Shown here: in pieces, positions 26,966-39,230 of the stretch
How positions within the stretch are numbered: the first letter of the stretch is position 1
How the letters are laid out: every line of letters begins with the position of its first letter
NCBI RefSeq assembly: GCF_018977255.1
Contig: NW_024704742.1
Coordinates: forward strand, 99,202,001 to 99,266,000
From: Callorhinchus milii
Taxonomy: Eukaryota
Length of the DNA stretch: 64,000 bases
Reading direction: 5' to 3'
The notes under the pieces: generated by a model
The model's input: the letters and a program-made list of their open reading frames with translations, nothing else
What the model was told of the DNA's origin: nothing
Databases searched by the model: none
Made by a program: the position numbers and the translations under genes

Positions 26966-27254
26966 CTAATGTGAAACACACAAGATATTATATTTGGTTA
27001 AAAACACCTGTATAATTTAGGTGAAAATAAATCTAAAGAAATAGTATAAAATTGAATTCTAGACAAGAGTTAAGTAATGTGAGTAGCTTTATTTAAACCC
27101 CTCAGAGTGAAGTTCATGCCGGCATTTTCAATAGCTCAGTGAATCGCTTGTTATAAGGCCAGGAAAGTCTCGGAGCTGATTGTCATCTGTGCTCAATTAG
27201 TTCTCTCAGACAGCTTAGCAGTAGTGGTGTGGCTCAATTGGAGTTTGACAAACA

Positions 27255-27452
27255 TAATAATAATCCTTGCATTTGACCTGATCACATCTTTGAGACTCCA
27301 CAAAGAGCTTCACAGGATATACTGTAAAGTGAATTGACTGTATATTTTGTGGGCGAAACGTGGCAGCCAATTGCACACAGTAGTGTCCCACAAATGGTCT
27401 TAGAATCGAACCCAGGTCATCTCGCTTGTGAGGCGAGCGCTCTAACCACTCC
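27255..27452 (-). mobile_element. Internally deleted young-type SINE
   Basis: Tail and tRNA head are joined directly; the middle is missing. Confidence 0.75.
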
Positions 27453-27965
27453 ACAAACATGAAGCTTCTCTCACTCCACCCCCACAAAAAAAATGTATAT
27501 TGACTGTCTAATGTACTCATTATTTGGAAAGCAAAGCAATTATTGTTCCTCCAGGTCCCGCCTTCCAGACTTTGGATTTGGTATCAAGCATCTGAACAGA
27601 TTCATTCCTATAATGTCTACCTATAAAATAAACTTATATTGCGCCTTTCATGTTGACAGGACAATGTCACTCATGCCAACAAGTTGTATCTGTATAAGTT
27701 TTATGAAGGCAACAATAACTTCGCAGACCTAGTTACAATGCAACACTAAGCAAACACCTACTGAAATGGTACAGATCGCATAGATGGGTCAAGAGTAGCT
27801 CAACACATTGTACTTTCTAAATTTTTCACTAAATATCACAGGAATACCTATACCTTAAGGATTCTGGCTAAATAGGGCAAGATAACGAACATGCTATTGG
27901 TGAACACACATAACCAAAACATATTTTTCTCACATCCTCTACCCTTAATTTTAAAGCATACTAAC

Positions 27966-28037
27966 CTCTAGATGCACACATACAGATTTCAGCAGTTTAT
28001 AGGTTGCATCTCTGGACAGGAACGACACAAAAAAGTG
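27966..28037 (-). CDS. GRAMD2B: GRAMD2B coding exon 7 (HFFVSFLSRDATYKLLKSVCVHLE)
   Basis: CAG acceptor, GTTAGT donor, 72 nt, FVS.LSRD.TYKLL motif; preceded by a 105-nt intron. Confidence 0.96.
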
Positions 28038-28142
28038 CTGAAAAGGAAGAGTTTAAAAGAGTGTTAGCCAGTCTAAAAGGTATCTAATGAACTCTATCAA
28101 GTATTGGCCAGAATCGGTTGGGTTATTTCCATGACTACTTAC

Positions 28143-28238
28143 TTTCTCAAGTTCTGTTGATATGCAGAGAGCATTTGGCACCAGCAAGGCAGTTTTCTGT
28201 TTCTTAACTTGAATCACAGTGGAGACGGGTATTGTAAT
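28143..28238 (-). CDS. GRAMD2B: GRAMD2B coding exon 6 (ITIPVSTVIQVKKQKTALLVPNALCISTELEK)
   Basis: CAG acceptor, GTAAGT donor, 96 nt, phase 0 to 0, KK.KTALLVPNAL motif. Confidence 0.97.
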
Positions 28239-28927
28239 CTGAAATGAAGATTGTGAAAAAAAATTAAAAGTTGAAGTTAACATTCCTAATTGGATATGGT
28301 CTTAAGATCTAAACATTAAAATTAAATATCAGAAACAGAACCCACCCCCTCCCCAGCTTTCGAAGACTCCGACATACATACATCTCCACAGGATTCGGTC
28401 CTTGCCCAATTCAGCATTGGTGCAGGTGCAAAAAATGTCTTTCAGCTGTACGTGAAACGGATAAACTTCAACAAAAGGCAGAAAGCTTGCTCTTGCTCTA
28501 TAGTCAAGGCATTTCTACAAGGTACAGCTAATCTTTCTGGCTGGAAGCAGTTTGTAATAGGGTCTATTATAGCCACCATGTGTAATTGCAGAGGGAATTA
28601 TGAGTATCTTAAGATGTTTTTTCCAGGAGTCTTGGTAACATCAAATAGCCAAATTGCTAAATGAAAATGTTGTGCATCAATGCAAAGCCAGGTATAATTT
28701 CAGAAATTAATAGAATACTTTGCATACATCAACACATTGAATGCAAATTAGACCTCCAAAGTAGATTTCAGTAACATTATACCTGGTTCAATATTTTCAT
28801 ATGATCACGTTCAACCTGATCTCCCTTTTACTTGAAGGCAACTGTTGTAGAAATTTTCTACCAAGTGTTGCCAATTTGAATCCCCCTACCCCCCCCCTGA
28901 AATAAAATGCAAATAAGCACTCCAAAC

Positions 28928-29031
28928 CTTAATATCTCTGCCAAAGACCTTTGAATGAAAGCAGATCCAGTTCTGAGACACAAAAAGTTTCCCTTGGTAC
29001 AGGATGTCTTTATGCAAGGCACAAGTGAAAC
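28928..29031 (-). CDS. GRAMD2B: GRAMD2B coding exon 5, GRAM core (FTCALHKDILYQGKLFVSQNWICFHSKVFGRDIK)
   Basis: TAG acceptor, GT donor, 104 nt, phase 1 to 0, canonical GRAM motif CAL...LYQGKLFVS.NWICFHS. Confidence 0.97.
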
Positions 29032-29658
29032 CTACAAAACAGATTAGGGGTTATTTTAAAGTTTTAACAACAGCAAGTAAACCTGCAATTGCTTGGAATT
29101 TTCTGAGCCCATTCTCACTTGACCCAATTGGATTACAATCTTCGACTAAACATCTCCTTTGGCCACAAACCAACTTCACAGAAGTCAGAAATCAGACTGG
29201 TCATTTGAGCAGTGAGACAGCTGAGCGGAAATATCAAGTCCTACATGTAGCCAGATTAATCTTGTATTTTTCCAAATGTGTCCAGGGTATGCGACCGAAG
29301 CTGTGCGGGTGACCATTTCCTATGTAATCAGCAAGTCTACTCTTTGGATGTTCCCAGAGATGCCTGGTCTTTGATCAGCATTAGCCCCAGCTCAGATCAG
29401 GAATGCAGAGGAGAATGTTAGCAAGTGGCAGAAAGGAATCCAATGTTTTGCTGCTCTGTGGTTTGGATCTATATGCAAAAATTGTAACTATTTACAAAAC
29501 CAGAGTTACAGGATTCCATCGTGGGGCAGGTTGAAATCAGTTGCCTGTTCCACTCCCCACTACCCATCTTCACCCCCCACACATAGAAAGGGCAACAACA
29601 TCTTTAGTTACAAAATCTGTATGGATCAATCGTATGCTACAAGGTTTTTACTACTCAC

Positions 29659-29728
29659 TTTGTTTTAGTACTTCCTCCTTTGGAACATTCTTAAAAAGTT
29701 TGTGATACGTTGCATTTGTCTTTGATAG
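29659..29728 (-). CDS. GRAMD2B: GRAMD2B coding exon 4, start of GRAM domain (LSKTNATYHKLFKNVPKEEVLKQ)
   Basis: CAG acceptor, GTGAGT donor, 70 nt, phase 0 to 1, YHKLF..VP.EE GRAM motif. Confidence 0.95.
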
Positions 29729-29810
29729 CTGTAAGGGAAAGAAAATAGTAAATGAGACATCTTCCTTCTCCCAATCATGTTTAAAATCTCCCTGGATTAA
29801 AAGGGTTACA

Positions 29811-30171
29811 TAATAATAATAATAATCCGTGTATTTGATATAGAGCCTTATCACTTCTTCGAGACATCTCAAAGCGCTTCACAGAATATACTGATTCTAT
29901 ATTTTGTGGGTGAAACACAGCAGCCAATTGTGCACAGCAATATCCCACAAACTGTTGTGGATTGAAGAGATCAATTTATTATTAATAATTTTTGAAGGAA
30001 TTATTACCCCCGGAAAAGTGACCCGCCAATCGACTAACAACCAGGTTCCTACTTAGTGCTAGGTAAACAGAGGCACGTGGTGTAAGGGAACTTGCCCAAC
30101 ATTTTGCGCTGTCGTGGATCGCTTGCAGGTCTCTCGCTTGCGAGGCGAGTGCTCTAACCACTAAGCTGCAA
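29811..30171 (-). mobile_element. tRNA-Ala SINE, long subfamily B
   Basis: Contains the extra CORE-like middle segment; CGC anticodon loop. Confidence 0.88.
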
Positions 30172-30289
30172 CATCTGGGAAAGTGACAAATTCGGGTCGA
30201 AATCAGGTGTGCACACATGTGTGCTAAATGTGGGATGTCTTTGCTGAAAACAATTTTCCAGTTGTAAAACACCAGTAATGTTACCATCT

Positions 30290-30900
30290 ATCTTAGAAGT
30301 GTCCCCCACACCCACCACTAATTGACCAAAGAGAGAAGATGGAAATCCCACCTTTCCCAGTTCTCTCAAAGGTGCTGACATACATCTTCAGTCTGTCCTT
30401 AGCCAAGTTGACATTGGTGCAGGTGCAACAAAAGTCTTCGATTTGCATGTTAAAAGCAGATCTCAGTCTTGTGTTAACCAAACACTATTTGCATAAACAG
30501 ACATTGGTCCTGTTCTCATTGGACATCCATCTTAACCAGCAGAGCATAGTGGGAATGGAACCCAGAGATGCTGAAGCCAAATGTACTTGAAATTGATCCG
30601 TTCTGTAATAGGGAGTAAGTGGAGCCTGGCATGGACAAAGGTGAGGGGGGAGCAGAGTTTGGCACTGGCAAGAATACTGGCGACAGAGCTATGGAGATAA
30701 ACAAGGTGGGCATTTTAAAAAGGCAGGTGTTTCAGCTGTGTTAGATGTTAAGTATGGTTGGAGATGGGTGATGTGGCGGAGAAGTGGTCTTATTCAAGGC
30801 CTGGATGTGGGATAGGAAGAACAATTGGAGATTGAACCCGATACGTAGGTTAGGCACAGGTTCAGCGAGTCTGATGGATAGGCCAAGGTGTTAAAAGTCA
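30290..30900 (-). mobile_element. Old L2 internal fragment
   Basis: Diverged match to L2 ORF2, antisense purine-rich texture. Confidence 0.55.
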
Positions 30901-31357
30901 GAGCCATATACCAAACTGGCAGACTCTGCTGAGTTTGTCAATATACACTCACATTGTTGTATTTTCAGAGCATTTTGAAAATTTTGTTTTACATGAAAAT
31001 TACGTTACAAGTTCTTAACCTCCATCTCCTCCCAAATTAAAGGTTTGAGATAAATGTGCCATCAAATCTAAGTTTATTTTTAAAAGAAAGCTTGATAAAG
31101 GTTCACATTTATGTACCAAACATTTATGTGAAGATTTAATGGTACTTCTTTGAGGTGTGTGTATTGAGTCATATTTCATAGCAGTGCCAGTTTAAGCAAC
31201 ATTCACATGATTCCAATTATAATAATCTTTGCATTTGATATAGCGCCTTATCACGTCTTCTGAACTAATATCCGTAGAAATTAAAGCCAGTAATTGAATG
31301 GGATTTACTTTAAGTGCTGGAATGCTATATAAATACAAGTTGTTGTTAGATACATGA

Positions 31358-31733
31358 TGATAATAATCCTTACATTTGATATAGCGCTTTATCATGCCTT
31401 CGAGACGTCTCAAAGCGCTTCACTGAATATACTGAAAAGTGAATTGACTGAATATTTTGTGGGCGAAACCTGGAAGCCAATTGCGCACAGCAGTGTCCCA
31501 TAAACAGTCGTGGAATGAAGTGACCAATTTATTATTATTATTTTTTTGAAGGAATTATTGCCCCCGGAAAAGCGATCCGCCAATCAACTAACAACCGGGT
31601 TCCTTCTTACTGCTAGGTAAACAGAGGCATGTGGAGTAATGAAACTTGCTCAACATTTTACCCTGCCGGGAATCAAACCCAGGTCTCTCGCTTGCGAGGC
31701 GAATGCTCTAACCACTGAGCTACAGGACTCCAC
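31358..31733 (-). mobile_element. Full-length tRNA-Ala SINE, long subfamily B
   Basis: Complete head, middle and tail; GAGACGTCTC tail motif. Confidence 0.92.
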
Positions 31734-32531
31734 ATTTATTGCATGGATTAAAAGATTCAATATTTTACAGAGATAAACAGTGCAGAAAATCCCAGATTCC
31801 TTTACTGATCTGTGCTGAGTTATATTGCATTTTATAGTATTCCAGCAGTACAATACCTTACCAACCTGTGGAGTTTGTCACATTTACACTTAGGCTGACC
31901 CCACCACTCCAGAGAACTGGATATGTGCAAGTTCACACTTGTGTTTTTAATTAAAGACAAGCAGTCCANTTTTTTTCAGACAGAATTTGAGGAGAAAAGT
32001 ACTCCAGTTTTGTTTTGAATAGCCAATGCTTTCCCATGTCCCCTAAAAATATTCTTTATAGTGCTTTATTACTTTGGTAATTAGATATTTAGCACCAGAA
32101 AGCATGGTTTTGACATCTGAATTCAACAGAATCATTTTTTTCCCCAGCCATTCGTAAAGTGTAAAAACCCTTTAATAATTCACTGATATTATTACCTAGC
32201 ACAAGTTTCTTACAGATGGGCTCGAGAATGAAGCCAAGAACAGGCACCGCATGAAATCTTAACACACGTTCAGAAAAACTAACTTAGGAAAATAAATACT
32301 TTTATTGCATGAGGATATTGTGCTCAGCCTCCACACTCTGGGAATTTCTAATCTTAGTCTTTCTGATATGGGAAGGAACAGTAATCACTCAGCCAGTCAG
32401 ACTGCGAGTAGCACTCTCAGAGGCCAGTGTGTAGGCCCACCACATTAGGGTATACATGATCTGAGAGAGCAGAGATTAGGGGAAGAGTTGAGAGTTATTT
32501 AAGAGATCATAAAAAGTTTTAAAATACTCAC

Positions 32532-32613
32532 ATTAGATAATGACTTTTTGCGTTCAAGTTTTGGCTCGTACACTGTAGAACTTGTTGGGTACACAGCATC
32601 ATAAGTCTTGGAT
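32532..32613 (-). CDS. GRAMD2B: GRAMD2B coding exon 3 (SKTYDAVYPTSSTVYEPKLERKKSLSN)
   Basis: Pyrimidine tract plus TAG acceptor, GTGAGT donor, 82 nt, phase 2 to 0, ERKKS motif. Confidence 0.9.
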
Positions 32614-33162
32614 CTAAAAATGGAGAGTTTCATATTATATCCAAGCCACTCATTAGCACGTTTGCTCAACCTCTACTAATTTAAAGTGCACAGGACTTCC
32701 TTGTTGAATACCATTTGTATATACACTGCTCTATTCAACAGCATGGTATGCAAAGTTTCAGGAATGCAAAACATAATGAAATCATATATGCAATGGGCAG
32801 GGTTTCTAGTCTAAATAGGTTGTGAAAGTCTCGACATCATCCCGATAGATATGCAGATTTCCCAATTTGTTTCATTTCCTGACAACACAATGCCTCTGAT
32901 GCAACTATGTACTTTTCATTGCTGGAATAAACATTGTGCTGTCAATCATCTATGAAATGGCCAGGTATTTCACAATCAATGGAGGCGTGTGGCTACATTT
33001 TGCATTTTACTACCAGAATTCTTTAATAAGGAATCCTATTAGAATTCCCATCAACTCCGTAAGTAAACAAACAAAAATTACATTTGTATAGTGTCTTTCA
33101 TGTTGGGAGGACATCACAAGGCGGAAGCAGAAAAGTCAGAGCAGAGTTCCTGCCTATTGATA

Positions 33163-33501
33163 AGATAATAATCCTTGTATTTGATATAATAATAATAATC
33201 CTTGCATTTGATATAGCGCTTTTCACGTCTTCTCGACGACGCAAAGCACTTCACGGAATATGCTGTAAAGTGAATTGACCGTACATTTGTGGGCGAAACA
33301 CAGCAGCCAATTGCGCACAGCAGTGTCCCACAAACAATCGTGGATTGAAAATGACCAATTTATTATTGTTTTGTTTTTTGGAGGGATCATTATTAGGCGT
33401 GTGGAGTAAGGAAACTTGCCCAAGGTTTCGCCCTGCCTGGAATTGAACCCAGGTGTCTCGCTTGCATGGCGAGTGCTCTAACCACTGAGCTACAGGACTC
33501 C
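33163..33501 (-). mobile_element. tRNA-Ala SINE, short body with older-type tail and a duplicated 3' terminus
   Basis: Short middle segment; ATAATAATCCTTGYATTTGATATA occurs twice. Confidence 0.9.
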
Positions 33502-34499
33502 GTATATAGTAACTTATCACGTGTTTGAGACATCTCAAAGTGTTTCTCAGAATATACTGTAAATCAATCCGAATTACCAGAGGGTGTGCGATTTGGATTT
33601 AGTTCAGAATTGTAAATTAGATCAATATAATAATACCAATAATAACAATAACACTTGCATTTGATATAGCACCTTGTCATATCGTTGAGATATCTCAAAG
33701 CATTTCACAGAATATATGGTAAAGTTAATTGACTATGTATTTTGTGGGAGAAAACAACACCAGCAACATCACTACCTCAGGTTAATAATGATTAACTTAA
33801 ATGTTTAAGTTCCTCTTCTCTCCCCACCCCCCCACCACCAATCAAGTATTGATTTTAAAAGACGTACAAATACAATTTACATTTATATCAAGCCTTTCTT
33901 GTCAGGAGGGTGTCTCAAAGTGCTGAACAGTGCTGGCTGAGCATCCGAACTGGGAGTAGGAGCCCAGATGTTAAGATTGTAAGAAGCAATATACATTTAT
34001 AAACTACAGAGGTATGGGGAAAAGGGAAGAATTAAAAGGATTGCTCTTAACAGAGCCAGCAAAGCCAAATGGCTTTCTTCAGTACTATATATTTCTATGG
34101 TTCTACATGGAACATGCCTTTCGTATTCAGTTCACCCAAAGCTTTGCTGCCTTAGAAAAAAGAGCTGACAGGAGCAAGCTAAGATAGGCAGAGATAATAA
34201 ATCAAATAAAACATTGTTTACCAACAAGCTTGTAAGGGGCTAAACTACCTGCTGATTTCTGCTAATGGTAACAGTAGAACTATGCTGCACTTATTCAACT
34301 GCGGCGGGGAAAATAATTAGTTTGGCTTGTATCCCATCCCTGCAGGAGAGGCAAACAAATGGCAGTTGCGAGCTTAACACTGTAAATAAAGCTCCCAGGT
34401 ACAAGAGTCCATAGCACCAGATGGCAATGCCTCCTCTAGTGCGAGATTCTGATCTTGCACTCTGCATTTCTCCTATGGCTCTATGCCATCAAGTCATTG

Positions 34500-35404
34500 G
34501 AAGCTTAGGGCTCCCTCTGCCTCCTTGTCCTCCTCAACCTCTCTGGTGCCTTCGACACTGTCGACCACTCCATCCTCATACACCGCCTCTCCTCTCTACT
34601 CAATCTTCGAGGACCTGTCCTTGCCTGGTTCGATTCCTATCAGGAATCAAGAACCTCGGTGTTCTGTTCAACCCTGAGCTGTCCTTTCTTCCCCACATCC
34701 GCGCCACAATTGGCATCGCCTTCCACCACCTCCGGAACATCGCCAGACTACGGCACTACCTCACCCCTCACGCTGCTGAAACACTGGTCCACGCCTTTAT
34801 CACCTCAAGGCTGGACTACGGGAACTCTCTCCTCGTCGGCCTTCCCGGCACCTCCGTCCACAAGCTGCAGGTCATTCAGAACTCTGCAGCTCGTGTACTC
34901 TCCCGCACCAGGCTTCGCGACCACATCGCTCCCACCCTCGCTCACCTCCACTGGCTCCTCATCCCCCAGAGGATCAAATTCAAGATCCTCATCCTCACCT
35001 ACAAGGCATTCACGGCTTTGCTCCCTCCTACCTCTCCGACCTACTATCCTCCTACTTACCTGCCCGTACCCTCCGTTCCTCTGGTCCACATCCCCCGCCC
35101 TAACCGCCCTACCACCGGTGGCCGGGCTTTCAGCCTCTCAGCCCCTAGGCTCTGGAACTCCATCCCCCAGTGCCTTCGCCTTGCTTCCTCCCTTTCCTCC
35201 TTCAAGGCCGGTCTCAAGACCTTTCTCTTCAACCGTGCCTTCACCTCCCCTCTCGACTCTCTACCCCCTCCTCGCTCCCTCCCTTCCCTCCCCTCACCCT
35301 GACCATTTCCCCCCTGCTCGGGTCCCGACCCAACTGTCCAGCGCCTTGGGACGTCCTTCCAACGTGAAAGGCGTTATACAAATGCAATCTTGTTATTGTT
35401 GTTG
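34500..35404 (+). mobile_element. L2 3' portion with internal deletion
   Basis: The LLNLSGAFDTVDH segment is joined to NLGVLFNPELSF...LWNSIP; (GTT)n tail. The 293-aa ORF is a chimera of these pieces. Confidence 0.92.
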
Positions 35405-35452
35405 TAGTACAATGCAGTACCTCAATTGCTGTGTTTGTATCATGCCTTATAG

Positions 35453-35816
35453 TAATAATAATCCTTGCTTATCACGTCTTTGAGACATCTCAATGCCCTT
35501 CACAGAATATACTCTAAAGTGAATTGACTGGATATTTTGTGGGCGAAACACGGCAGCCAATTGCACACAGCCGTGTCCAGTTGTGGAGTGAGTGATCAAA
35601 TTATAANTTTTTTTAAATACATTTTTCTTTTTTCAAAAAAGGGATTATTACCCCTAGAAAAGCGATCCTTCAATCGACTAACAACCAGGTTCCTACTTAC
35701 TGCTAAATAGACTCATGTGGAGCAAGGAAACATGCCTAATGTTTCGCCTTGCCCAGCAATCAAACCCTTGCCACTTTTGAGGTGTGCGTTCTAACCACTA
35801 AGCTACAAGATTCCAC
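35453..35816 (-). mobile_element. tRNA SINE, long subfamily B, diverged
   Basis: Matches the copy at 31358. Confidence 0.8.
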
Positions 35817-35999
35817 TTCTTAAATATAGCTTTAGAAGCAAATCAGATTGCATAGCATAAGGATTAAGCATGAGAAAAATAGTCAAAGAGGTTTTCCCAA
35901 ATTATTTATTATAGCAAAGTACGTCACACTGCACAAGATCTAACAACCTGCTTTTCAAGCTCTACCCAGTTTTCTTCCATTTATACCCAAATACAAATT

Positions 36000-36312
36000 G
36001 TGGAGTCCTGTAGCTCAGTGGTTAGAGCACTTGCTTTGCAAGTGAGAGACCTCAGTTCGATTCCCGGCAGGGGGAAACCTTGGGCAAGTTTCCTTACTCC
36101 ACATGCCTAATAATAATCCCTCAAAAAAAAAATAATAAATTGGTCACTTCAATCCACGACTGTTTGTGAGACACTGCTATGCGCAATTGGCTGCCACATT
36201 TCACCCACAAATATACAGTCAATTCACTTTACGGTCTATTCTGTGAAGCGCTTTGAGATGTCTAGAAGACGTGAGAAGCGATATATCAAATGCAAGGATT
36301 ATTATTATTATT
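36000..36312 (+). mobile_element. Full-length tRNA-Ala SINE, short body with older-type tail
   Basis: A and B boxes, (ATT)n tail. Confidence 0.92.
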
Positions 36313-37604
36313 AAATTAAGCAAAACACTTTAACTGGCAATTTGTCCTTTAGGTAACAACAGGTTTGCGAAATGTATTGACTAGCACAAATGGAGATTAC
36401 TTTTGTTAAATGGACCCATGTCACACTGACCTACACGAACTCCACTCAAACACAATCTACTTCTGGAGTGAAGTTCCCACACGTTAGAGAATTTGAATAA
36501 GGNTTTTTTTTAATTTAAAAAATCCCTTTCTTTTAAAAAAAATTGCAGTTTAGATCCAAATTGGTCCATTCAAAAGGCGCCCAATGATAGAAAGACTCCA
36601 AATAAGGCTGAGCCTGGCCTCATCCCTTCAATATTGCTATAACATGGAGTGAGTCAGACCAGATGAATGTGGACCACAAGACCAGGAAATGTGTTTCTCT
36701 GTAGCTTCACATAATTGAAAGGAAAAACAGATTAAAACACATGTTAAAAGAGTTGGAGAAAAGAACCTAAGAGCAAATTAGTCGCATAGACTCACTCACA
36801 AATCTGGAAGCAAGTAGTACAGAGAGCGAAAACTTTACACTTGCCCTCTTTGAATCTTGCTCACTGTGGACATAGTACATCTCTGAGCATGTGCACCTGA
36901 GCACAAGTGGAGCTCTACTACCAAGTGCCGAACACAAACATAGACATTAAGAGCTGGGAGTATCACAGGCTTGAAACATAAGTTGTAAAATAGCTATAAA
37001 GTCCTATTGACTTTGGCTGTAGAAAGTAACTTTATTAGCATGGGTTTGATTTCACAATAATCTCAAGATAGCTCAAGACAAAGACTAAAAATTTAGCAAT
37101 GGATTAACTGTAATTACAGTCCTACGCTTTTATGTCGACATCGCAGTGATCGAGCAGATTGCAGAACAAGATTTTAAGTCCTGTCAATCACTGTCAGTTG
37201 AGGTGTATGCTGGTAGTTGTAGTCAGGGCACGCACTGAGCAGCTGTACCACAGTTCCCAGAGGAATCCTCCCTTGTGTTCCTTCGCATGTGCCACATGCC
37301 GCAAAGCTCAAGTGGTGCGTTTCAACGCTTCATTTTGATCGATAAATACACGTTGGTGACCCTGACACAGCGCGGGGAGGCAAGGGTTAAAACATGTCTG
37401 TCAACAGTAAAAAACAATGTTCAACGATGTTTGAAGGACTTGAAAACTTGCCAAAATTCATGTCAATGTCAACATATACGGTAAGTTTAACATGTTCCTA
37501 TATAGGGAAGAGCCCGGGACTTTAAATATATTTGCCAACATACACAGGATATTGCTAAATGGGTTCAAGCTAAACGGGTTCTTGCATCTTATCATGTCTT
37601 ATCA

Positions 37605-38700
37605 TGCCTTATCATGTCTTCGAGATGTCTCAAAGCACTTCACAGAATATACTCTATAGTGAATTGACTGTATACAACAACAACAAGATTCGATTTATAG
37701 AGCGCCTTTCACGTCGGGAGGACGTCCCAAGGCGCTGTACAGTTGGGTCAGGACCCGAGCAGGGGGGAAATGGTCAGGGTGAGGGGAGGGAAGGGAGGGA
37801 GTGAGGAGGGGGTAGAGAGTCGAGAGGGGAGCTGAAGGCACGGTCAAAGAGAAAGGTCTTGAGACCGGCCTTGAAGGAGGAAAGGGAGGAGGCGGCGAAG
37901 GCACTGGGGGATAGAGTTCCAGAGCCTCGGGGCTGAGAGGCTGAAGGCCCGGCCACCGATAGTAGGGCGGTTGGGGCGGGGGGAGCAGACCGGAGCCAGA
38001 GGAACAGAGGATACGAGCAGGTAGGTAGGGGGATAGTAGGTCGGAGAGGTAGGAGGGAGCAAGGCCGTGAATGGCCTTGTAGGTGATGGTGAGGATCTTG
38101 AAATCGATCCTCTGGGGGATGGGGAGCCAGTGGAGGCAAGCGAGGGTGGGAGTGATGTGGTCCCGAAGCCTGGTGCGGGACAGTACACGAACTGCAGAGT
38201 TCTGAATGACCTGCAGCTTGTGGAGGGAGGTGGTGGGAAGGCCGGCGAGGAGAGAGTTCCCATAGTCCAGCCTTGAGGTGATAAAGGTGTGGACCAGGTT
38301 TCAGCAGCGTGAGGGGTGAGGTAGTGCCGTAGTCTGGCGATATTCCGGAGGTGATGGAAGGCGGTGCCAGTTGTGGCGCGGATATGAGGGAGAAAGGACA
38401 GCTCAGGGTCGAACAGAACCCCGACTGTATATATTGTGGGCCAAACACGGCAGCCAATTGCGCTCAGCAGTATCCCAGAAACAGTCATGGATTGAAGTGA
38501 CTAATTTTTTTGTTTCTTGAAGGAGTTATTACTCCCGGAAAGCAATTCACCAATCGACTAGCAACCGGGTTCCTACTTGCTGCTAGGTAATCAGGGGCAT
38601 GTGGAGTAAGGAAACTTGCCCAACATTTCACCCTGCCAGGGATCAAACCCAGGTCTCTTGCTTGCGAGGCGAGTGCTCTAACCACCGAGCGACAGGACTT
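37605..38700 (-). mobile_element. Long subfamily B SINE split by an L2 insertion (L2 at about 37675-38422, minus strand)
   Basis: The SINE halves are contiguous across the L2; GACTGTATA duplicated at 37666-37674 and 38423-38431. Confidence 0.9.
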
Positions 38701-38860
38701 CTATATTTCTCAATGCTACACACCTTAATGAACCTATAGCGTTCAACATGATCGTGGAGCATCAATATAAAGTTCCACTTCAGAGCACATGGAAAGCCCT
38801 TTGTCCACTGCCACAAACACAGCCAGCAGATCTCACAACATGTTGTGACATACAATATGT

Positions 38861-39230
38861 GTGGAGTCCTATAGCGAATTGGTTAGAGCAGTCGCTTCTC
38901 CAACGAAAGGAACCAGGTTCGATTCCTGGTTAGGGCGAAAGCTTAGGCAGGTTTCCTCACTCCACATGTCTCTGTTTACCTTGTAATAAGTAGAAACGCG
39001 GTTGTTAGTCGATTATCAGATGGCTTTCTGAGGGCAATAATCCCTTCAAATAAATAAATAATAGTTCACTCAATCCACAATTGTTTGTGGGACACGGCTG
39101 TGCGCAAATGACTGCTGCGTTACATCACAAAATACACAGTCAATTCACTTTACAGTATATTCTGTGAAGCAATTTGTGACGTCTCAACAACGTGTTAACG
39201 CACTGTATCAAATGCAAGGATAATTATTTT
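38861..39230 (+). mobile_element. tRNA SINE, long subfamily B, diverged
   Basis: Head, long middle and tail are all recognisable. Confidence 0.85.

Noticed and set aside
34421..35483. 293-aa and 274-aa ORFs as host genes
   Set aside because: They are L2 ORF2 remnants and alternative frames of C-rich LINE sequence.
31969..36503. Single N bases at 31969, 35607 and 36503
   Set aside because: All border poly-T runs, so they reflect homopolymer ambiguity in the assembly rather than biology.
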